Shown in pieces: positions 34,940-43,941 of a DNA stretch of 44,417 nucleotides. Position 1 is the stretch's first letter, and each line of letters opens with the position of its first letter. Below the pieces are notes generated by a model. That model did no database searches and was not told the DNA's origin. It saw nothing but the letters and a program-made list of their open reading frames with translations. This stretch comes from Escherichia phage jat. Location of the stretch: the sequence record NC_073076.1; one strand, given 5' to 3'. Both the position numbers and the translations under genes were made by a program.

Positions 34940-37578
34940 CGTTTGTAAAGTACACCACCCGGTTTCGTCGCCTTCACGATCTCGGCCTTGACCGACTCGG
35001 TGATTTGCTTTCCGAACGCCTGCGCGGTGCGCAGGTCTGGACCGCTAACACTGGTATCCGTCTTACCGGTCCCCATGTTAACGTTGGTCGTTACAATCAT
35101 CCCTCCGCCTACACCGGCAGCGACAACGCCCAGTTTGCCGTCCGGGCCGCGCTTCAGTGGCATGATGGCCTCGGGTCCGGCCTCCCCCATCAATCCCGCG
35201 CCCTTTGCGAACGCCTGGACGCCGTAACTGAAAAAGGTGGGCTGGCTTACCACTTGCCCCGAATAGGCCGCGAGATTGCCCCCTGCGTACGCTCCTCCGT
35301 CCGCATTCTTAGTTAGGCCAGAGAAGATAGCGCCGAACAATCCGTTTTTGCCGCCGTCGCCACCGAAAGCGCTAACGATGGACTTGAATGCCTGCGAGGT
35401 AGCCAGCTTGATTAATTCGCTCAGGATGGACTTAACCATATCCTTTGCGTTCAGCTTGCCAGTCTCGAAAAACTCGTTCATCGTGTCCTGCATAGCGCCG
35501 AACGTGAATTTTGTGAGTGACGTCATCTGCGTGTAGCCGTTACCCATTTCATCCACGCTATCCTTAAGCCCGCGGCTGAAGCCATCCCATAGCGAGGCGT
35601 TAGCACCGGTCTGTGCTTCCTGCACTTCGCGCAGCTTAGACACCGCCAGGTCAATATCGGTATCGTTAGCACCAACGCGCTTAAGGCGGTCAATCAGCTG
35701 TAATTCTTCGCGCAGGTTAGCCGCTTCGCGAGTGGAAAGCGCATAGCCCGCCGCGGTGGCTTTTAGCTCGGCGTTCTGGTTCTTAACGAAGGCGTCGATC
35801 TGCGCGTGCGCCTTGACCTGCTTCTCTTTCGCGTCCAGCAATTTGGCTTCTTCGACGATCTGCTCGCGTACTTCCTTCACGCGTCCGAATTCGACCATCT
35901 GCTGCTTTTCTGCTGCCGTTAGTGCTCTTTCTTTGCTTGCTGCGATTAACTGCTCATTATCCGCGATCAGCTTGTTTAGGGCCGCCTGCGCGCGTTGCGT
36001 GCGGGTCTGCGTCGATGCGTTGGCTTCGATCTGCTTGCCGGATTCTCGAAGCTGGGCCAGTTCGCTCCGTGCTACTTCCAGCATTTTCAGCCCGGCATCG
36101 ACTCGAACAGCGGCGGCCTTCTTCGGGGCGGGGTCTTTGTACCGCTCGTTGACCTGCTTCACCGCCTCGGCAAGCTCTTTCTCGTCAATCACGCCACGCT
36201 TATTAAGCAAATTGAGGCGGGCGATCTCGTCGGCGCGCCTCTTCGCGTTGGTTGCGTACTCCTTCTCAAACGCGGCGCGGTCGCGGGCGGTGCGGTTTGC
36301 CTCTTCGTTCGCCTTTGCTGCTTCGTCAGCGGCACTTGCGTTGTCTCGCTCTGCACGGTTGCGCAGGGTGAGCGACGCCACTACTTTTTCCTGGGCTACC
36401 AGTTCGCTGTAAAGCATGTTAATACGCGCTTTCTGCGCTTCGGGCATCACCCCACCGGCAGCGTTTACCGCTTTCATCTCGGCATAGTAAGCCGTGGTCA
36501 GTCGCTGCAATGATTCACGCGCTTTCATCTCTGACTCATTCGAGGACTGCGCGCGCCCGACATCCAGGATGGCATCCCACATAGATTTAGCTGCCGATGT
36601 AACGACGTTCATCGACCGCTCAAGCGTACCCATGTTGGACTTGATCTCATTGGTCATAGTGGTAAACGACGCTGCGGCTGTTTTGTTAGCCAGCGCCACC
36701 GCTTCGGTTTCGCGACCAGCCGTCACTAGTGACTGCACCTGCTGGATCTGCGCTTCGTTTACGACGTGATACTTATCCGCCAGCGCACGCAGTCCGCCAA
36801 CGGGGTCGGTTGACAGCTTCGCCACCGCCGCTACCACATCCTCGATCGGCTGGCTGGACGCCTTCGCAAAGTCATTAGCTACCTTAGCCAATGCGCCGAA
36901 GTCACCACCCGCTTTCACACCCGCCGCCGCCAGCGCCTGGATTGTGTCACGCGTCTTGCGGAATGATCCGCCCATGCGCTCGGCGTTCTCGGATAACACC
37001 AGGATCTGGTTTGCAGTGAGGCCGGAAATGTTACCTGACAGCGCCAGCGTCTTGTTAAGCGCGGCGACCTGGTTCTCTGCGCGGGACGTAATTGCCACGC
37101 CCACGCCTAACGTTGCCGTTACGGCGGCGAGGCCGATCCCTACTGGGCCGAGGAAGCCCGCAACATAACGCAGCGTGTTACCCAGTCCACCGAACGCCCC
37201 AGTTAGCTGCGGTAACTGCTGAAGCATGACGCGGTGAACCGGCATCCCCATCTCAAGCGTTACCGCAATATCCTGTAGCTGGAATGCGGCGTTACGCGAG
37301 GCAAAGCCCAGGTTTTTAGTCGACATCCCTAACCTGTTGGCGAGTCGCTCCTGTTTCGTCATGCCATCGGCGGCGCGCTGCGATTCGTTTGCCAGCTTTT
37401 CCATTCCGCCCGCGGCGTCACTCGTCACCTTTTTGGATTTGCCGAGGGTGTCGTTTAATTTCTTAACCTTGTTTTCTGTGTTCTCGGATTTCTGTGCGAA
37501 GGAGTCCAGCACAGTATTTGCCGTTCTGATTTGTGCAACATCAGCCTTTAGCGTGATGCCTGCTGCCTGATCTGCCAT
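34936..37578 (-). CDS. tail tape measure protein
   Basis: 880 aa, Ala/Lys/Glu-rich coiled coil with Gly-rich C-terminal region; longest gene after J. Confidence 0.8.
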   Translation of the reverse strand: MADQAAGITLKADVAQIRTANTVLDSFAQKSENTENKVKKLNDTLGKSKKVTSDAAGGMEKLANESQRAADGMTKQERLANRLGMSTKNLGFASRNAAFQLQDIAVTLEMGMPVHRVMLQQLPQLTGAFGGLGNTLRYVAGFLGPVGIGLAAVTATLGVGVAITSRAENQVAALNKTLALSGNISGLTANQILVLSENAERMGGSFRKTRDTIQALAAAGVKAGGDFGALAKVANDFAKASSQPIEDVVAAVAKLSTDPVGGLRALADKYHVVNEAQIQQVQSLVTAGRETEAVALANKTAAASFTTMTNEIKSNMGTLERSMNVVTSAAKSMWDAILDVGRAQSSNESEMKARESLQRLTTAYYAEMKAVNAAGGVMPEAQKARINMLYSELVAQEKVVASLTLRNRAERDNASAADEAAKANEEANRTARDRAAFEKEYATNAKRRADEIARLNLLNKRGVIDEKELAEAVKQVNERYKDPAPKKAAAVRVDAGLKMLEVARSELAQLRESGKQIEANASTQTRTQRAQAALNKLIADNEQLIAASKERALTAAEKQQMVEFGRVKEVREQIVEEAKLLDAKEKQVKAHAQIDAFVKNQNAELKATAAGYALSTREAANLREELQLIDRLKRVGANDTDIDLAVSKLREVQEAQTGANASLWDGFSRGLKDSVDEMGNGYTQMTSLTKFTFGAMQDTMNEFFETGKLNAKDMVKSILSELIKLATSQAFKSIVSAFGGDGGKNGLFGAIFSGLTKNADGGAYAGGNLAAYSGQVVSQPTFFSYGVQAFAKGAGLMGEAGPEAIMPLKRGPDGKLGVVAAGVGGGMIVTTNVNMGTGKTDTSVSGPDLRTAQAFGKQITESVKAEIVKATKPGGVLYKR

Positions 37579-37642
37579 TATGCAGTCCCCTTTTTTATGC
37601 AGTTGCCGATGGATATTGTATCAGCGATTTCAAAACAAACCT

Positions 37643-37960
37643 TATTCAGTCTCAGACGAGGGGGCCATTGACCCCCGTCTAGTCTGAAAGACTGGGGTGC
37701 TGTCCCGCTGTCCCGATCGGCTGAAAACCGCGGCAGCACTGGCTGGGACGGGGTGCTGTCCCGCTTTGTCCCGCCTAGTGTTTGTCCCGCTTTTTGTCCC
37801 GTTTGTTTTATGCACGAAAACCGAATACGTATGCACTTTTGTGGGGTGGGACAAAACGGGACGTCCCGCTTGTCCCGCTTTTATATTATGCAATGGAAGT
37901 GAGTAGGTATGCAGTTTCACATGGGTGGGACAAAACGGGACGTCCCGTTTTGTCCCGCTT
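37643..37960. repeat. iteron element copy B plus two 45-bp direct repeats containing GGGACGTCCC
   Basis: Hairpin 37648-37694 and TGTCCCGC/TGTCCCGT octamers at 37701, 37709, 37757, 37767, 37783, 37795; direct repeats 37831-37880 and 37909-37960, each with palindrome GGGACGTCCC followed by TGTCCCGC. Confidence 0.65.
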
Positions 37961-37962
37961 CA

Positions 37963-38639
37963 TTATGCGGGGTTCTGCTGCGCCATCTCATCAAGCGCGA
38001 TTCGTTCCATTAGCTTGATATCTTTAAACGCGCGCTGCTCGTTTTCGATACCGTGCATCTTAAATAACCACTCCAGCACGCCGTAGTCGATGCCGTATGC
38101 GCCACCAAATCCGGTGCGCCATTGCGTGGCGCAATCTGTGAAGACTGCGACTACCTTCGCGTTGTCAGGCCACAGCGCAACAGGCGGACAAACATCTTCG
38201 GGGGTCGCACCCCATAAACTTGCGGCTAAATCTTCGGAGGGTGGCGGCGGGCCATAAAAGCGTCGCGCCGCCTCAATTAGTTTTTTTCACGCAATCCCAT
38301 CAGTTCGAGATAGTACGACGTGTGGAACACACCGAACGCGCGTGGATAGTTGACCACCAGGCGGCGGACGTTCTCCGCGTTAAATTCGTCCGGCAGATTC
38401 CAGCCTTCTGCGACGTGCATGATGGCCTCGACCATAACGTTAAAGCCGTCCGGGTCATTGTCGTCATATTCCGACAGCTTTCGTTCGGTGTCCTGCATGG
38501 TCTGCGAAAACTCGTCGATCGGGCGGTGGCGTACGGTAAACGTCATCTTGCCTGGTTCGCTCTCACCAGGGCGCGGGATCTCAATCGGCAGCTTAAATGT
38601 TGGCTTAGGGTCAAGTGTGAAGAGTGGTGCTTTAGCCAT
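37963..38639 (-). CDS. tail assembly chaperone frameshift product (lambda GT-like), programmed -1 frameshift
   Basis: Heptamer A_AAA_AAC (plus 38280-38286) immediately before the G stop; -1 frame stays open for about 104 codons to TAA at 37963-37965. Confidence 0.55.
38277..38639 (-). CDS. tail assembly chaperone (lambda G-like)
   Basis: 120 aa from ATG 38639 (GGAGA SD; track start 38654 is TTG inside a terminator A-run); ends REKN* within slippery sequence. Confidence 0.6.
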   Translation of the reverse strand: MAKAPLFTLDPKPTFKLPIEIPRPGESEPGKMTFTVRHRPIDEFSQTMQDTERKLSEYDDNDPDGFNVMVEAIMHVAEGWNLPDEFNAENVRRLVVNYPRAFGVFHTSYYLELMGLREKN

Positions 38640-38652
38640 TGTAGTATTCTCC

Positions 38653-38680
38653 AATAAAAAAGGGGCCGTGCCGGCCCCAT
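38653..38680 (-). terminator. rho-independent terminator (minus strand)
   Basis: ggggccg/cggcccc 7-bp stem with 3-nt loop; U7 on minus strand (plus A-run 38655-38661); downstream of major tail gene. Confidence 0.6.
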
Positions 38681-38708
38681 ATTATCACTCGCTATCTAAG
38701 CGACCAAA

Positions 38709-39434
38709 TCAAGACAACGCCTCGACCCGATCCTTACGGTAGATAACCATATCAGACTGCATGGTCAGAGTGGACTGCACCGTTTCCACGTTGTTTACTT
38801 CAGCGGAAGGAATCTTCTGGAAAGATACCTTTGCCGGGTAAATACGGATCTCACCTTTGCCGCTTGCTGCCGCTGGGTTAGTGAACTTGATCACAGTGGT
38901 TTTCTGTGTGTCGTCCAGGTCTTCCAGGATTGGGCGGATCGGGTCTTCTTCGTCGTGGGTGAAGGTGTAAGTCTGTACCAACGGGTTTTTCGTGGTGTTC
39001 AGACTGATCGCGGTATTCACCTGCAACGGCTGGAAGGTGGTGGTCTGCTGGTCGCCACCAGACACGGCAACGTTAGTGATAAACGGGAAGTCGATAAAGC
39101 TCGACACCTTCACCACTTCGCCCGGCGTGCCTACGCCGAAAGCGCCGGTAGGGTATTTTGTGACGTCTTGAGTATCGAAGCGCGCCAGCGTCACGTCGTT
39201 AGTATCCACTTTACCCACGATGAACGCGCGGTTAAGCGCTCGGACCCACGGGGTTTTAGTGAACATAACAACGTCGCCAACAACCAGACCATGCGAAGCC
39301 GCGCAGGTAATTACGCAACCTTGCGTAAGGTTGGAGATCGACGCGGCGGCGTTGGTAGCTGCCGTAACCGCGATGCCGCTGCCTAATACGGACCCGATCT
39401 GGACGCTGGACCCGTTGGGAAGTTGATAACCCAT
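38709..39434 (-). CDS. major tail protein (putative)
   Basis: 241 aa; position upstream of G/GT and followed by strong terminator. Confidence 0.6.
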   Translation of the reverse strand: MGYQLPNGSSVQIGSVLGSGIAVTAATNAAASISNLTQGCVITCAASHGLVVGDVVMFTKTPWVRALNRAFIVGKVDTNDVTLARFDTQDVTKYPTGAFGVGTPGEVVKVSSFIDFPFITNVAVSGGDQQTTTFQPLQVNTAISLNTTKNPLVQTYTFTHDEEDPIRPILEDLDDTQKTTVIKFTNPAAASGKGEIRIYPAKVSFQKIPSAEVNNVETVQSTLTMQSDMVIYRKDRVEALS

Positions 39435-39494
39435 AATAAAGCTCCTGTTTAGATATACGGTTTAATGATACAGCACGCGCAGAATTGCGCCAAA

Positions 39495-39917
39495 TCAGGC
39501 GCAACAGGTGTAGGGTACTGTAACCACGATGCGGGCGCGATCAACATCCTCAATCACCGAACTGGTGTATGGCGCGTCTTGAAGCTGGAACGCAGCGCCG
39601 GTAAGCCTTACGGCCTGCCACTTGTCAGACGTCGCGATGGCGTCCGCCAGTTCGCTCGCATACTGTGTGCCAGTGCCAGCAGGAAATACCACAGCGACCT
39701 GATACACGCCTGCATAGATCCGGCCCTTCTGCTGGAAGCCCACAAACTGGGTCGGGGCCGGAAGCAGATATGGTTCCAGGTAGACACCGCTGCCGTTTGC
39801 GTGGTCTCCGCTCACATTCTCCCAGTTAACCTTTATCGGGCGCGTGCTAGTGCTCAGGCTTACCGATAACTCTTCTACTACGCTGTTAAGCGCCTTGCGG
39901 ATTAGAGTATTGCTCAT
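39495..39917 (-). CDS. tail terminator / tail completion protein (putative)
   Basis: 140 aa; assignment by position only. Confidence 0.35.
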   Translation of the reverse strand: MSNTLIRKALNSVVEELSVSLSTSTRPIKVNWENVSGDHANGSGVYLEPYLLPAPTQFVGFQQKGRIYAGVYQVAVVFPAGTGTQYASELADAIATSDKWQAVRLTGAAFQLQDAPYTSSVIEDVDRARIVVTVPYTCCA

Positions 39918-40510
39918 TATTTCACCTTCGAATTGATTTCTGCCGCTACGACGCGAACAATCCCCGCGGGCGCTTGTTTACTCCAGCCATACTCGAGTCG
40001 CTGCGCATACGGCACATTGTTAGTAAACCAGATAGACCCGTATTCACCGGAATCGTAATGCGCCAGCACTTCACGCCCTGCGGCTAATGTTGCCGTTCCT
40101 GCCTTGTCCACGCGGTCAATAGCGCCGACAGCCGGGCGGTCGAACGTAACCTGCCAGTTTCCCCGGAAGCGTCCGCCGGTGTAATTCTTCGCAGCCCAGC
40201 CACGCTGGCGGAACGTGACGTTGCCGTTTTTAGTTTTGAATGAGATGAGCACACTGGCGTGCTTCTTCTGCCCGCGCTTCAGTTTGCCGCCATTCTTGCG
40301 GCGCTGCGCGGCGTTCACCTTGTTCGCGTGTTCGCGTGCAAGCGCGTAGGCCTTGTTAATCTTCCACCGGCGTGGGTCGCCTACCGGGGAGATCTCGATC
40401 AGGCGTCCGAGTATTTGCATACCGTACGCCCGCACCGCCTTGTCGTTGTTCTCCTTCGTCTTATCCACCCACGTAGCAATAGTGGCGGCGAACGAGTAGA
40501 CTTCAGCCAC
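39917..40510 (-). CDS. head-tail joining / tail completion protein (putative)
   Basis: 197 aa; assignment by position only. Confidence 0.35.
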   Translation of the reverse strand: MAEVYSFAATIATWVDKTKENNDKAVRAYGMQILGRLIEISPVGDPRRWKINKAYALAREHANKVNAAQRRKNGGKLKRGQKKHASVLISFKTKNGNVTFRQRGWAAKNYTGGRFRGNWQVTFDRPAVGAIDRVDKAGTATLAAGREVLAHYDSGEYGSIWFTNNVPYAQRLEYGWSKQAPAGIVRVVAAEINSKVK

Positions 40511-40511
40511 G

Positions 40512-40871
40512 TTAGCCCCTTAGCTGTAGTTGAAACAGCATGGTCTGGCCCGCCGGTTGCAGGGGGTTGGGATTGATAACCCGGTAGTCTGTATTGTTCA
40601 GGCTAACCAAATCCCCGACCTTTACCTGCTTGACGGCCTGACACAAAAACTTCACATCACCGGCAACGATACGCGTCCCGTCGATCTCGCTCGGCTTGTA
40701 CTCCTCTCGAAGACCGATGACGTCGAACGACGTTGGCGGGATTATCACTTCGTCGCCGTCTACGCGGTCAACCGACCCCGGACGCGTCACCGTAGCCATC
40801 ATGCCGAACTTTTTAATCAGCGGATTGACTTTCCGCTTTAACCCCGCGTAATTAAAGCCCGCCATTATCAT
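40512..40871 (-). CDS. head-tail connector protein (putative)
   Basis: 119 aa; assignment by position only. Confidence 0.35.
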   Translation of the reverse strand: MIMAGFNYAGLKRKVNPLIKKFGMMATVTRPGSVDRVDGDEVIIPPTSFDVIGLREEYKPSEIDGTRIVAGDVKFLCQAVKQVKVGDLVSLNNTDYRVINPNPLQPAGQTMLFQLQLRG

Positions 40872-40969
40872 CCTCCTGTACCGGTGGTTCCGGTTCTGGC
40901 GCTGGTTCCGGTTCTGGTTGGCGTTTAGTATTTGCGGCGATTATCGCCGCGAGTAATGCAGGATTCATA

Positions 40970-41470
40970 TTACCCCCTGAATACTTCGAAATTGCCTGCG
41001 GCGTTGCCGCCTGAATCAACCCAGTGGCCTAACAAGCCATCCCACCACGGGAACGACACCCCGTTACCAATCGACGCCGGGTCATACTCCATCGTGATCG
41101 GGCCGACCGTTTCGCGAATAGTCTCTTTACCATCGCCGACCGGAGAAATATCGATCTCGTCCGCCACCAACATCGCCAACCGGTAAACAGCTTGCTCAAC
41201 GGCAACGGGGGTTGATGCGAAGTCTACGATCTGCCCGGCAGGCACTACCTCCACAACTTCAGTGAGCGTGTCCCGCACCGGCTTACCGTCTGACGGGTAA
41301 TTAATGCGGGGCCATGCGTCGATTCCGGTCTGGTCTGCTTGTTCGCCGATCCAGTTGATGCCGTTAAGGAAGTCGTTAACGATGGTAAGGTGTCGCGTTG
41401 CATCGCCTAGCGTAATTTCAACGCCTCGCGCAGCGGCATAATCGACAAAGGTTTGCGGGTCGCCATACAT
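40970..41470 (-). CDS. head completion / hypothetical protein
   Basis: 166 aa from ATG 41470 (GGAG SD); track ORF start at 41500 lies inside the upstream terminator hairpin. Confidence 0.35.
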   Translation of the reverse strand: MYGDPQTFVDYAAARGVEITLGDATRHLTIVNDFLNGINWIGEQADQTGIDAWPRINYPSDGKPVRDTLTEVVEVVPAGQIVDFASTPVAVEQAVYRLAMLVADEIDISPVGDGKETIRETVGPITMEYDPASIGNGVSFPWWDGLLGHWVDSGGNAAGNFEVFRG

Positions 41471-41482
41471 TGTATTCACTCC

Positions 41483-41510
41483 TATAAAAAAGGCGGGCAT
41501 AAGCCCGCCC
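41483..41510 (-). terminator. rho-independent terminator (minus strand)
   Basis: ggcgggc/gcccgcc 7-bp stem with ataa loop; U6 on minus strand (plus A-run 41485-41491); downstream of major capsid gene. Confidence 0.6.
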
Positions 41511-41528
41511 CTTTGGGATTTGCGCCCG

Positions 41529-42629
41529 TTAAGACGCGGTAGTCTCAGTCAGCGTAACCAGTACGCCAGCCGTTTCCTTGATGTGGCGGGTAGGCGCTTC
41601 CTGTGCGGCCTGGGTCTTACGACGGCCTTTAGTATCGCCATCCCCCACAGCGCCAACATCCTGCACGGTTGCCGGTGCGTTGTCTACCTGGCCCTGGTCC
41701 AGTTCCCAGTTAGCGGAAGTGGTGATATCGTCCAGCTTGAACGAGCGCACACCTTCGATCGGGGTACGAGCGGACGCCTTCAGACGGTAGCCTTTAACGG
41801 CCACGTTGAAGTCGAACTCGCCCTGCCACCAGCGTTCGATGTTCTCGTTACCGCCTTTCTCCTGCGCCAGCATATCGAGGCCGTTGGTGGTAACTGCAAC
41901 CGCGCCAGGAACCAGACCCAGCATGTTACCAGCGCCCATAGCATCGGCAGCGGCATCGGAGATAATGAATCGACGGCCCAGGCCATCACCCATTACCTGG
42001 AGATCGCCAATTGCGAATACCTGTTCAGCGGAAGGGAGTGCCTGGTACGCAATGAAGTTTGCCCAGGTAACGCCGTCCATAAACCAGGACTTAATCAAAG
42101 ACGCCTGATCGCCGAACTTAGAAGCCGCCAGCGGGAAGTCTGCCAGGGTCGGGAAGGTACGACCGCTAACGCCGTCAACGCGCGCCGGTTGGGTGTATTT
42201 TGCATCTGCGTTGCTTTCGATCGCCGCTTTACTTGCGCCGATACCCGCTTTCAGGTAGTGCAGCATAATCGCTTGAGTAGCCTGCGCCGCAATCTCAGCC
42301 GCAACGCTGTTAACGTTGGTTTCGATTTTAGCCATCATGGCCTTCGTAATTGCTACCGGACCCACTTTTGCGGAAAGGTTAACCGAGTTGGTCAGCATAC
42401 GCGCCAGCACTTTCGCGGTTGCCGGAGTGCCGACAGGGGCGTAGGCGTTACGGTCGGTAACGAGGTTGGCGATCAAGCCTACGGACATTTTCTCAATAAC
42501 ATCCTTCAGCACTTCACCAGTACCGAGAACAACAGCGCCATTGGCGGCGGCGTTGAAAACGTTCAGGTTGTCGGGGATCATTTGCGTAACCGCGGTAACG
42601 AGTTTACGCTGGAACACTGTTAAAGACAT
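41529..42629 (-). CDS. major capsid protein (putative)
   Basis: 366 aa; follows scaffold-like gene and precedes a strong terminator. Confidence 0.65.
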   Translation of the reverse strand: MSLTVFQRKLVTAVTQMIPDNLNVFNAAANGAVVLGTGEVLKDVIEKMSVGLIANLVTDRNAYAPVGTPATAKVLARMLTNSVNLSAKVGPVAITKAMMAKIETNVNSVAAEIAAQATQAIMLHYLKAGIGASKAAIESNADAKYTQPARVDGVSGRTFPTLADFPLAASKFGDQASLIKSWFMDGVTWANFIAYQALPSAEQVFAIGDLQVMGDGLGRRFIISDAAADAMGAGNMLGLVPGAVAVTTNGLDMLAQEKGGNENIERWWQGEFDFNVAVKGYRLKASARTPIEGVRSFKLDDITTSANWELDQGQVDNAPATVQDVGAVGDGDTKGRRKTQAAQEAPTRHIKETAGVLVTLTETTAS

Positions 42630-42726
42630 ATCGAAATCCTTTGAGTTGTGAGCATTCGCCCAGTGACGTTAATGTTACCTTAGATTTACGCGCTCGCAAA
42701 ATTGCCCGCTTTCGCGGGCAATCTGC

Positions 42727-43431
42727 TTACTCGTCGTCGCCCATCTTAGCGATGATTTCACCTGCCTGTTTCGTAAGGTCAGTGATACCGAAGCTGTGGC
42801 CCATAGTGATTTTCGACTTCACATCTTCGACAACCTGCGTCGGTTTGCTAGGCGCGCCGCCGGCTGGCGTGCCAGCCAGGACGGATGCAAAATCGGCGTT
42901 ATTACGGAACTCTTTTTCTAACTCTTCCATAGTCAGCGCGGACGGTTTGCCATCCTGCAAGACTCGCACTTTCAAGCTGCCGTCTTCGCCGTCTTCCAGC
43001 GTCAGGCGGTCCATAACGTGACGTTGCATGATGCCTGCATTCTTACCGAACAGCTTCGACGCCAGGTCTTTGGCAGCGCTGCCGATGGTTAGATCGTGGA
43101 TCTGCTTGCGGTAGGCTTCTATTTTTCCCGATGTATCTGCTTCGTGTTTAGCAAACTTATCTTTCCAGGACTTGTCGATCGCTTCGAGGTCGCCATTTTT
43201 GCGCGCAGCGGCTTCCTCTTTCTCTTTCGCAAGTCGCTCGGCTTCGGCGCGGCGTTCAGCTTCTGCTTTCTTCTCGCTCACCAGCTTCGCGTTGTTGTCT
43301 TTCAGACCCTTGATTTCCGCCTGTACTTCTTCTGCGGTCATGAAAGTTGATTTATACCCGTCGCCATCGGCAACAAAAAGCGCCTTCATACCTTCCGGCA
43401 ACGCGTCATATTCTGCTTTAGTAAGTTTCAT
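42727..43431 (-). CDS. scaffolding protein (putative)
   Basis: 234 aa from ATG 43431 (GGGGGA SD; track ORF extends to 43545); Ala/Glu/Lys-rich coiled coil AEAERRAEAERLAKEKEEAAARK; immediately upstream of capsid gene. Confidence 0.5.
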   Translation of the reverse strand: MKLTKAEYDALPEGMKALFVADGDGYKSTFMTAEEVQAEIKGLKDNNAKLVSEKKAEAERRAEAERLAKEKEEAAARKNGDLEAIDKSWKDKFAKHEADTSGKIEAYRKQIHDLTIGSAAKDLASKLFGKNAGIMQRHVMDRLTLEDGEDGSLKVRVLQDGKPSALTMEELEKEFRNNADFASVLAGTPAGGAPSKPTQVVEDVKSKITMGHSFGITDLTKQAGEIIAKMGDDE

Positions 43432-43520
43432 GCTATCCCCCTGGGATTGTGGCAGAGCAGGCCACCCGCTCGACTTCACGCTTCTAATATTATCAGCGAT
43501 AAAAATAATCGCAAAATTCG

Positions 43521-43560
43521 CTTGCATTGCGTATGTTGGTTGCATTATATTGGTTGCACA
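43521..43560 (+). promoter_or_regulatory. putative promoter region with two TTGGTTGCA motifs
   Basis: TTGCAT (43522-43527), about 18-bp spacer, TATATT; motif copies at 43535-43544 and 43549-43558; directly upstream of plus-strand gene 43587. Confidence 0.35.
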
Positions 43561-43586
43561 CCAACAGAGATATGAAGGAAAACAAA

Positions 43587-43901
43587 ATGACTAACATGAC
43601 CGTAGCAACTCCAGTAGACGCCGCAATGGCCCGTTTCAATAAAGCTACCGTAGCGAATACCTTTACCTTTCACGCAATGCGTAACGCGGAAGCGCTGAAT
43701 CTGTGCCAGAGCATGAATGCTTCCGAAGCGGCAAAAGCGGCGATCAACTCCGCAACATTCGATAATCCGGCTTGCGGCCTGGTTCCGGCATCTTTCATAA
43801 ACGCCCTGGTCGAAGCCTTTAACGATTTCATGTGCGTCGATGCCGTTGAAGCTGTATGTGCCCGCTTAACTTCCACCGGTGGCAACATCAAATTCAACTA
43901 A
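43587..43901 (+). CDS. hypothetical protein
   Basis: 104 aa from ATG 43587 (GAAGGA SD); track ORF begins at 43527. Confidence 0.45.
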   Translation: MTNMTVATPVDAAMARFNKATVANTFTFHAMRNAEALNLCQSMNASEAAKAAINSATFDNPACGLVPASFINALVEAFNDFMCVDAVEAVCARLTSTGGNIKFN

Positions 43902-43941
43902 ACCAATCGGGGGCGAAAGCCCCTAAAATGAGGACATAAAA

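Noticed and set aside
35756-36513. Long plus-strand ORFs (218 aa and 172 aa) inside the tape-measure gene
   Set aside because: Antisense to a long Ala/Lys/Glu-rich coiled-coil gene, which generates open Ser/Ala/Arg-rich frames by composition alone; no SD and no independent support.
37642-37920. 92-aa minus-strand ORF running through iteron copy B
   Set aside because: Same reasoning as for 10216-10470; the similarity between the two ORFs reflects the repeated DNA element, not a conserved protein.
41520-42623. 367-aa plus-strand ORF opposite the major capsid gene
   Set aside because: Almost exactly coextensive with the capsid gene on the other strand; Cys/Arg/His-rich and no SD; the minus-strand gene fits the operon context and is followed by a strong terminator.
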